DNA of 32,000 nucleotides from Mesoplasma florum L1 (GTDB taxonomy: Bacteria > Bacillota_I > Bacilli_A > Mycoplasmatales > Mycoplasmataceae): assembly GCF_000008305.1 (NCBI RefSeq), contig NC_006055.1, positions 90,001 through 122,000 of the forward strand. The letters are read 5' to 3'. Positions within the stretch are counted from its first letter, which is position 1. Each line of letters starts with the position of its first letter. Below, piece by piece: positions 20,301-28,639 of the stretch. Both the position numbers and the translations under genes were made by a program. The notes under the pieces are model-generated. The model searched no databases. It was not told the DNA's origin and worked only from the letters and a program-made list of their open reading frames with translations.

Positions 20301-21029
20301 ATGGAGAATTTAAGTTTAATTTACGGAAAACATGCAGTTAATGAATTTATAAAAAAGCACCCTAATTTAATTAAAAAAATATATATTTCAAGTGACTTTA
20401 AAATAGATAAATCAAATAATGAATTTCAGATTTTAAAAGTTGATTTAAAAAAAATAGAAAATCTTGTTGGTAATGAGGCTAATCATCAAGGCATTGTTGC
20501 AGAGGTTAAAGAATTTAATTACAAACCATTTGGTGAAGCACTAAATCAAATGAAAGACGATGAACCTAAATTAGTATTGATATTAGATCAAATTCAGGAC
20601 CCGTATAATTTTGGAGCTATAATAAGAAGTTCTAGTTTATTAGGTGTTGATCAAATTGTTATTTTAGACCATAAGCAAGTTTTTGTTAATTCAACAGTTG
20701 TTAAAACATCTGCTGGAACAGTTTATGATATGAACATTAGTAAAGTTACAAATTTAAGCAATGCTATTAAAGATCTACAAAAAAATGGGTTTTGAATATA
20801 CTCAACTCATTTAAATTCTGAATCTAATGATATGAGAAAAGTTGATTTTGCCAATAGGACTGCTATAGTAATTGGAAATGAACATAATGGAGTTAGTGAT
20901 TTAGTAATGAAAAATAGTGATATGAATGTATTTATACCCTCAACAAATACTATAGATTCGTATAATGCAAATGTTGCAACTTCTTTAATTTTGTATCATG
21001 TTGCTAACTATATTGGAAAACTTAAATAA
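20301..21029 (+). CDS. rlmB: SpoU/TrmH-family RNA 2'-O-methyltransferase, RlmB(YacO)-like (242 aa)
   Basis: The ATG at 20301 lies 1 nt after the cysS stop. An in-frame TGA occurs at 20793. SpoU motifs: ILDQIQDPYNFGAIIRS, IVIGNEHNGVS and IPSTNTIDSYNANVA. The position after cysS matches Firmicutes synteny. Confidence 0.75.
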
Positions 21030-21041
21030 TAAATGTATAAT
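21013..21041 (+). promoter_or_regulatory. candidate promoter TTGGAA-17 nt-TATAAT inside the 3' end of the rlmB-like gene
   Basis: The -35 ttggaa is at 21013-21018 and the -10 tataat is at 21036-21041, preceded by tg. It would drive rpmG-secE-nusG. Confidence 0.4.
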
Positions 21042-21054
21042 ATTCATAGTTATT

Positions 21055-21075
21055 AGGAGGTTAACCTCCTTTTTA
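21055..21075 (+). terminator. SD/anti-SD palindromic hairpin plus T-run (terminator of the rlmB-like gene, or leader element of rpmG)
   Basis: The perfect palindrome aggaggttaacctcct is followed by ttttt. It lies 32 nt upstream of the rpmG ATG. Confidence 0.65.
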
Positions 21076-21106
21076 ATTAGACAAAGCTTGGTTGAGGAGG
21101 GTTAGT

Positions 21107-21271
21107 ATGCATAAAACAAAATCTACAAGAAAAATAATTTTAGTATGCGAAGATTGTTTAAGTAGAAACTATTCATTGAATAAAAGTAACTTAACTCAGA
21201 AAGAACGTTTAGAAATTAAAAAATTTTGCTCAATGTGTAATAAACACACATTGCATAAGGAAACAAGATAA
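21107..21271 (+). CDS. rpmG: 50S ribosomal protein L33 (54 aa)
   Basis: It is not in the ORF track because it is under 60 aa. The SD gaggaggg lies at 21094-21101. The product is [54 protein letters not shown], with a CxxC...CxxC zinc ribbon. Its TAA overlaps the secE ATG (TAATG). Confidence 0.88.
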   Translation: MHKTKSTRKIILVCEDCLSRNYSLNKSNLTQKERLEIKKFCSMCNKHTLHKETR

Positions 21272-21609
21272 TGGCAAAGAAAAAACATGAAGAAGTAGTA
21301 TTGGTTGAAGAACAAATTGTTGAACAAACTAATACAGAAAAAAACAAAAAACAAAAAATAAAGATTTCTAAAAAAACTAAAAAATCAATCAAGGTTAAAA
21401 AACAAAAAGAAAAGAAAAATTTTAAATTAGCAATAAAGGAATTTCCAATTAAAATTGTTAAAGAATTAAACAAGATTAAATGATCTGGTTGAGATAACCT
21501 AAAAAAGAAATATATAATAGTTTTACTATTTATGATATTTTTCGCAATATTATTTTTCTGTATAGGATTAGGTATTGAAGCGTTATTTAGATTAATAAAT
21601 GTATATTAA
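21271..21609 (+). CDS. secE: preprotein translocase subunit SecE with Lys-rich N-terminal extension (112 aa)
   Basis: The C-terminus ELNKIKWSGWDNLKKKYIIVLLFMIFFAILFFCIGLGIEALF matches the SecE pattern of an amphipathic segment plus a single TM. In-frame TGA codons occur at 21481 and 21490. It sits in rpmG-secE-nusG synteny. Confidence 0.8.
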
Positions 21610-21620
21610 AAGGAGAAAAT

Positions 21621-22250
21621 ATGAATAAAGAAGAATTATTAAAATTAGAAGCTGAAATCTTATCATCAAAAGGACAATGATTTGTTGTTAACTCACAAAC
21701 AGGTCATGAAGAAAAAGTTTTAAATGACTTAAAAAATAAAATTAAAGCTGAAAAAATGGAAGACCAAGTTTTTGATATTAAAATTTCAAAAGGGACTGTT
21801 CTAACAAAAACTGGAAAACAAAAAGAAAAAAACTTATTTCCAGGATATTTATTTATTAACATGATTATGTCAGAAGAGTCATGATTCGTTGTTCGTAATA
21901 CTCCAGGAGTAACTGGGTTCATTGGATCTTCAGGACGTGGAGCCAAACCATTCCCATTAACTGTTGATGAAGTTATTGAAATGTTGATTCCAAAAACAGA
22001 AGTTATTGTTGAAGAGATTGAAACTGTTGATGTTCATAATGAAGCTGTTGCTAAAAAACCTTTATTTACAGCTCCATTTGTTGTTGGAGACTTTGTAAGA
22101 GTTAAAGAAGGAATTAATGCTGGTGAAGAAGGGGAAGTAAGTTCAATGGACTTTGAAAAAGGTGTAGCAGTTGTTCTTATTGAAATGTTTGGTAGATATA
22201 CAAACCTTGAAATTTCTTTCGAAAACGTTGAACCAGTTAAAGAATATTAA
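21621..22250 (+). CDS. nusG: transcription termination/antitermination factor NusG (209 aa)
   Basis: The SD aaaggag precedes the start. The NGN domain includes WFVVNSQTGHEEKV and FPGYLFINM. The KOW domain includes FVVGDFVRVKEGINAGEEGEV. In-frame TGA codons occur at 21678 and 21882. Confidence 0.92.
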
Positions 22251-22258
22251 TAATTAAT

Positions 22259-22281
22259 AAAATGACGTGAGTCATTTTTTA
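22259..22281 (+). terminator. intrinsic terminator after nusG
   Basis: Stem aaaatgac / gtcatttt with loop gtga, followed by a T-run. Confidence 0.75.
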
Positions 22282-22293
22282 TTATTATTTCTA

Positions 22294-22302
22294 TGTTAAA
22301 AT
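22294..22302 (+). promoter_or_regulatory. extended -10 (TGtTAAAAT) promoter of the RNase J-like gene
   Basis: The sequence tgttaaaat lies 83 nt upstream of the ATG at 22385, which leaves a leader of about 75 nt. Confidence 0.45.
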
Positions 22303-22384
22303 ATTTAAAAGCAAAACTGATCTAATCTAACGTTAATCGCGATTAGTGAATATTATATTAATTAAAATAATAAGGAGAAACTAA

Positions 22385-24139
22385 ATGTCAAAAATTAAAT
22401 TTATGGCACTTGGTGGACAAGATGAAAGAGGAAAAAATCTTTTCGTTTTAGATATCGATGATAATCTTTTCATTTTAGATGCCGGTGTTAAATATCCTGA
22501 TAAAGGAATATTAGGTGTAGATATAGTTACACCAAAACTAGATTACTTAAAAAATAATAAACAAAAAATTAAAGGAATTTTTTTAACTAATTCTGCAAGT
22601 TACAATATGGGATCTGTTCCATACATTTTAAAAACAATGGATGTTCCAGTATACTGTAATGAAATAACTCAATTAGTCGGTAAAATTAAAATTTCAAGAA
22701 TGCGTATTAAAAATACAAAAGACCAAAACTTTGTTGTAGTTAAAGACAAACAAATTTTAGATTTTGGGAAAGTTAAAGTTGAAGTATTTAGAACTACATC
22801 AGCTTCACCTCAATCATATGGTTATGCTTTCCATACTGAAGAAGGAACTATTGTTTATGCTGGAGACTATATTATTGATGGTAAAGAACAATCTTACTTT
22901 TCAACAGATTTTAATCACATAAGTGAAATAGGTAAAAAAGGTGTACTTGCATTAATTGCTGATAGTGAATATGCATCAAGAAGCGGTTTCACTGTACCAA
23001 ATCATAAAATTGAAAATTTTATTTCAACTTCATTTAAAGAAAAGAAAACTAAAATAGCTATTGGTATTTTTGAAGAAGATATTTTTAAATTAGGTGAAAT
23101 ATGCATGGCAGCAAAAGAAAACAATCGTAAAATTGCTGTTTATGGAAGAACAATGACAGAAATTTTAAAATCAAATTTAATCAATGAAAATTTACAAATT
23201 GTTCCTGAAGACATTATAACTGTTGATGAATACATGAAATCAGAAAATGGTCTTTTAATTATTTCTGGAACAGGAGATGTTTTATATTCTAAATTAGCAA
23301 AAATTGCAACTGGTAATGATGAAGTGGTTGAGTTTACAGAAAAAGATTTAATTATCTTGGCTACACCACCAGCTCCAGGGGTTGAAAAAAGACATGCACA
23401 AATTTTAGATGAATTAGCTAGAACTGATGCTAGATTATTAGCGTTAAGTGATAGAAACATTTGATCAATGCACGCTTCATATGAAGATATAAAAGTTTTC
23501 ACAAGTATTTTAAATCCAAAATACTTTATTCCTGTTAAATCTTTATTTAAAGATTCTTTAAAAGCAGAAAAGGCTGCAATTGAAGCTGGAGTTAACGAAA
23601 GAAACATTGTTATTTTAGATAATGGTCAAGTAGCAAATATTTCAAAAAACTCTATTTCAATTTCAGACAAGAAAATAGATATTGGTAATTCTTATGTTGA
23701 CCAAGCAGGAGTTGGTGATGTTGGAGCTATAGTTTTAAATGAAAGAAAACTTTTAGCTACAGATGGTGTAATGATTATTGGTGCAACTATTGATTCAAGA
23801 AACAAAGAATTAATTTCAATGATAGATACACAAATGCGTGGAGTTTTATATATTAAAGAGGAAAACCCGATATTTAAAATAATTCAAAAAGAAATCGAAT
23901 CTCTTTTAGAACAAGGACAAAGTCAGTTTAAAGAAAACCCAAGTAAGTATGATGTTAATGAAGTTAAAAAAGATATTGCAACAAGAGTTAGAACTTTAAT
24001 TAAACAAGAATCAGGTAAACAACCAATTGTTTTAGTAATAGTTAACGAATATGATGGTAAAGACTATGTTTTTAAACCAAGAAACAATTCAAACAGAAAT
24101 TACAAAAATAATAACAATAATAAAAAAGGATCAAATTAA
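22385..24139 (+). CDS. RNase J homolog lacking the metallo-beta-lactamase His/Asp motifs (584 aa)
   Basis: The SD taaggag precedes the start. It joins track ORFs 22385.. and 23468.. across TGA at 23462-23464. It is RNase J-like end to end (ALGG..GKN, ILDAG, KIKGIF, beta-CASP region, C-terminal domain). The HxHxDH position reads NSASYN (22589-22606). Confidence 0.8.
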
Positions 24140-24151
24140 TTGATCCTTTTT
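24124..24151. terminator. bidirectional intrinsic terminator
   Basis: Stem aaaggatcaa / ttgatccttt with a 5-nt loop that contains the RNase J-like TAA. It is flanked by an A-run and a T-run. Confidence 0.75.
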
Positions 24152-24658
24152 CTATACTGTATACATTATTATCATAAATACTAAGAATGGTAATAAACAG
24201 AATGTGATTGTGTTTCTTCATCTAATTAAAACCGCTTCTTCTTTAGTATAAGTTTTTTGATATCTTAATCTTTTATCATTAAAATAGTTTATAGCTTTTC
24301 TATTTCTAATGTAGTTAATAATAAAAATAGCTAAAACTTCAATACATAAATATGCTGTAGCAACAAAAGCTGTTGCGTCAATAAATCTTTTTTTACTTGT
24401 TATATTAGGAGCAAAACTTGCAACATCTTTGAATGCATAACCAAGTCCAAAACTTAGTCCTATACCAATTAAAGTAATACCTAAAATTGATACTCAGCTT
24501 ACTCAATTAAATTTTTTGTTTTCTCTAAAATTTTTCATTTTAGTATAATTTTCAGCCGCTTTTAGATCACTATTTAATTCTTTATTAATATCCTTATAAT
24601 GATGATCTAAGCCTTCTTTTCTTAACTTTTTAAGGTTTTTTAATTCATTCTTTGCCAT
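24152..24658 (-). CDS. small membrane protein of unknown function (168 aa)
   Basis: It is absent from the track because three in-frame TGA codons break it. The minus-strand ATG at 24658-24656 lies 5 nt after aaaggag. The N-terminus is charged (MAKNELKNLKKLRKEGLDHHYKD...). Hydrophobic helices follow, including WVSWVSILGITLIGIGLSFGLGYAF, ATAFVATAYLCIEVLAIFIINYI and TITFCLLPFLVFMIIMY. The stop is TAG at 24154-24152. Confidence 0.6.
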
Positions 24659-24673
24659 ATTTGCTCCTTTCAA

Positions 24674-24702
24674 TTGACTTACATACTCTTTTAGTTTATC
24701 AT
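24674..24702 (+). promoter_or_regulatory. candidate opp operon promoter TTGACT-17 nt-TATCAT
   Basis: The -35 ttgact is at 24674-24679 and the -10 tatcat is at 24697-24702. The element lies 35 nt upstream of the oppB ATG. Confidence 0.45.
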
Positions 24703-24736
24703 ATTAAAAAATAATATAAATAAGGAGGTTAAGACC

Positions 24737-26071
24737 ATGATTAAATCAAAAAACAAAAGCACTTTAAAAAACTTTAACTTAGATGTGTTAGATTTAGATC
24801 TAAATGAAGAGTTAATTTATGCACAGCCTACATTTTGAAGAACCGTTTCATATAGATTCGATGAATTAAAAGAAGAGGCTTCAAAATATTTTAGAAGACA
24901 TCCACTTATAGGGTACTCTTTTAAACGTATTGTTTATGGGCTACTAACATTAATTGTAAGTATTGCAATAGTTTTCTTTTTAGTTAACTTTGTAACACCA
25001 GATTCTTCATATTTACCAGATGTATCTGAATTAGGGAAAATGGGAATTGGTACATCAGGACCAAAATATGACGCATTTTTACAAACAAGATTAGAATTAT
25101 TTGGTGTTAGTGGTAATGCTATAGAAAGATTATTAAGATATTTCAAAAACATTATTCCGTTTATTCCAAAACATATTTTAGTAGGGCAATCAGTTATATT
25201 CCCTAATGCTTCTGAGTTATCTAATTCTCAAATTATTATTAACACAGTTTTATTTACTGGTGGGCAAGTTGATGGTTTATTAAAATCAGGATCAAAAGAA
25301 TTAATTGATGCAATTACAATCAGCGCATCGTATAAAACAGTTTGAATATACTTAGGAGTTGTTAAATCAAGTTCAATGGGTATGCCAGGTTCAACAGAAG
25401 TAACAAGCTTATTTGCAAGTGCAATTCCATACTCATTTGGTATTGGAAGTGTAGCTGTTTTATTCTCTTATTTAATTGGTATACCTTTAGGTATTGAAGC
25501 AGCCAAAAGAAAAGGTAAAGCAACTGATGGGGCAATCAATGGTACTGCTACATTCTTATTAGCAGTTCCTTCATTGGTTATTGTTATCGCTATTTATTTA
25601 ATATCAATTTTAGTTTTTGGTCATTCTTCTATTTTTAGTTCTGGATCATTCTGAACAAGATTTTGACCTGTTGTTGCATTAGTTATATTAATGGCACCAA
25701 CAACAATTATTTTAACTAGACGTTATGTTGTCGACGAAATGACAGCTGATTACACTAAATTTGCCTATGCAAAAGGTTTAGGAGAATCAAAAGTATTTTA
25801 TGTACATATCTTTAGAAATGCTGGAGTAAGAATTTTACGTGAATTACCTTTAGATTTAGCATTTACATTATTTGGAGCTTCAATTTTAACTGAAACTCAA
25901 TGAAACATACCGGGTATGTCTCAATTAATTATTAACGGTGTTAATAACCGTGACTCATTTGTTATTTTAGGATTCATAACATTTGCATCATTAGTAAAAA
26001 TTGCAGCAACATTAGTTTCTGATTTATTCATGGTATTAATGGATCCAAGAGTTAAATTAAGTGGTAGATAG
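24737..26071 (+). CDS. oppB: oligopeptide ABC transporter permease OppB (444 aa)
   Basis: The SD taaggagg precedes the start. It joins four track ORFs across TGA at 24836, 25343, 25652, 25664 and 25901. It belongs to the BPD-transporter (EAA-loop) family: YAKGLGESKVFYVHIFRNAG. The first external loop is enlarged. Confidence 0.85.
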
Positions 26072-26086
26072 AAAGAGGGGAAAAAT

Positions 26087-27058
26087 ATGATAAACATCGA
26101 TAAAGAAAAATTTGAACGCGAAAATAAAGTTAATTTTGAAGAAATTGACGAAAAAATGTTTGAAGTAGTCGAAGAACAAACTAGCGAAAGCGAAAGATTA
26201 AATTCTAAACCATATAGCTACTGAAAGTCTGTTGGTAAATTATTAGTTACATCTCCTACTTTCATGATTTCTATTTTAGTATTAATAACTGTTTTACTTT
26301 TAGCATTCATTGTTCCAGAAGTAATGAACTATAAAAATACTTCAAGTACTATTGGAGATCCTGCATTGCCATCTTGAGATCACATATTTGGTATTGGGAT
26401 GAATGGTGAAGATTTATTTGCTAGAGTTTGAGCAGGAACAAGAACAACTTTACTATTTGCTTTCTTAATTGCTGCTATTCAAGTTGCAGTTGGGGTTATA
26501 TTAGGTTCAATTTGAGGTTACTTTAGAAAATCAGATTTAATCTTCATTCAAGTTGCAAGTATTATTACAATTGTTCCTCAATTCATTTTATTACTATTAA
26601 TGGTTTTCTTATTCAATAGTAAAGGTTACTGAGTTATTGTTTTTGCTATATCACTTCAAGCATGAGTTGGTATTGCTCAAATGGTAAGGGTACAAATTAT
26701 GTTAGTTAAAAATACTGACTATAATACTGCATCAATTAGTTTAGGTTCAAGTTCATACAGAATCATAAATAAAAATATTATGCCAAAAATTTTACCAGTT
26801 ATTGTTCAAACAGCGGCATTTGCAATTCCGACTGCTATTTCAATTGAAGCATCACTTGCATACTTAGCATTTGACTTTATTCCAGCAGGTCAAACTTCTT
26901 TAGGGCAAATTTTAAACCAAGTTATGAATGAAACAAAATGACAAATTTATCCAAACTTATTAATTGCTCCAATGGCAGTTATTATGATAGTTTCAGTTGT
27001 ATTCTTCTTAGCTGCTAGAGTATTTGCTGACTCATTAGATCCGAAAAATCATAGATAG
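26087..27058 (+). CDS. oppC: oligopeptide ABC transporter permease OppC (323 aa)
   Basis: The ATG at 26087 follows gaaagagggg. Nine in-frame TGA codons are read as Trp. The HIFGIGMNGEDLFARVW segment is the typical OppC/DppC periplasmic motif. The EAA-like region is ASISLGSSSYRIINKNIMP. Confidence 0.85.
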
Positions 27059-27069
27059 GAGACCAACTT

Positions 27070-28638
27070 ATGGCTACAAATAAAGATAAAATTATTTCTC
27101 TTCAAGATGTTGTTGTTAAATTCAATGTTCGTGGAAGAATGTTAACAGCTATTAGAAACGTTTCTTTTGATATTTATGATGGAGAAACTGTTGCAATAGT
27201 TGGAGAATCTGGATCAGGAAAATCTGTATTAACTAAAACATTAACTAATATGTTAGAAAGTAATGGTTATATTTCAAACGGAACAATTATGTACTTTCCA
27301 ACTGAAGAATCAAAAAACAATTCTGAAACAGCTGTTAAAGAAGATGTAAATTTAGTTAACTATCATAAAGGTTCATTAACTTCAGATACAAGAAGAAAAA
27401 TTAAAAAAAGTAATTACAAAACAATTAATAATGCAAAAATTCGTTTAGAGGCACTTAACGCTCGTTTGGGAGTTAAAGGTGTTGATACAGACGACATATT
27501 AGCAAAAATAAAACAAGAAAGTGAAATTATTCATGATGCATATTATGAACTTTCAACATTCTCAAGATTAAGAAAAAGAACAGTTTTACGTTTAACTCCA
27601 ACAATGAAAGAAATTTCAAGTAAAAAACGAAATCTTTCTCTAATAAAAGGAAGACAAATTCTTGCTGGTCTAAGAATTCTTGCAGAACAAGAGTTTTTAA
27701 CAGAATTTGAATTAAACTTGAAACATGTTTTAGAAAAATTAAAAAATGGTGAAACAGTTGAAGAACATGAAGTTAATACTTTATTGGCTGCATGAAAATT
27801 TCAAACAACTCCAGCTTGATTAAACAAGAGAGAAGCAATAAAAAAATTAAAACAAGTTAGAGGGGGAACAATTGCTACAATTTTTCAAGACCCAATGACA
27901 TCATTAAACCCATTACTAAGTGTAGGTTTTCAAATTTCAGAAGCAATCAGATTGCATAATAAAGTTTCAAGACATGCTGCTAAACAACAAGCAATTGAAT
28001 TAATGAACAAAGTAGGTATACCAAATGCTGAAAAACGTTATCATGACATTCCAGGGAAATATTCAGGTGGTATGAGACAACGTATTGTTATTGCTATTGC
28101 ATTAGCATGTAAACCAAAAGTTTTAATTTGTGATGAACCAACAACAGCGCTTGATGTTACTATTCAAGCTCAAATTTTAGAGTTAATTAAAGAACTTAAA
28201 AAAGAATTTAATTTAACTGTAATCTTTATTACTCATGACTTAGGTGTAGTTGCAAATGTTGCAGATCGTGTTGCAGTATTATATGCTGGGCAAATTATTG
28301 AATATGGAACTGTTAAAGATATTTTCTTTGATGCAAGACACCCATATACTTGAGCATTGTTATCTTCATTACCTCAATTAGGAACAAAAGGTGAAGAATT
28401 ATTTGCTATTACAGGTACACCTCCAAGTTTATTTAACAAAATTAAAGGTGATGCATTTGCTCCAAGAAACAAATTTGCTTTAGCAATTGACTTTGAATAT
28501 AATCCACCAATGTTTGAAATTAGTAAAACTCATGGTGCAAGAACTTGATTATTAGACCCAAGAGCACCTAAAGTTGAAAAACCTAAAATGTTAGAAAACT
28601 TAAAAGAAGCTGTAAGTGAAGCAAAGGTAGGTGAATAG
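27070..28638 (+). CDS. oppD: oligopeptide ABC transporter ATP-binding protein OppD with ~175-aa insertion (522 aa)
   Basis: Walker A is GESGSGKS, the Q-loop is IFQDPMTSLNP, the signature is YSGGMRQR and Walker B is LICDEPTTALD. The H-loop is ITHDL. The oligopeptide C-terminal motif is HPYT. In-frame TGA codons occur at 27793, 27820, 28351 and 28546. Confidence 0.88.
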
Positions 28639-28639
28639 T

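Noticed and set aside
309-28639. Non-ATG starts used by the track: TTG 24, TTG 309, GTG 16038, TTG 18065, TTG 28357 and GTG 28631.
   Set aside because: These are either internal codons of longer table-4 genes or lie a few codons upstream of an ATG with better SD spacing (315 and 28640).
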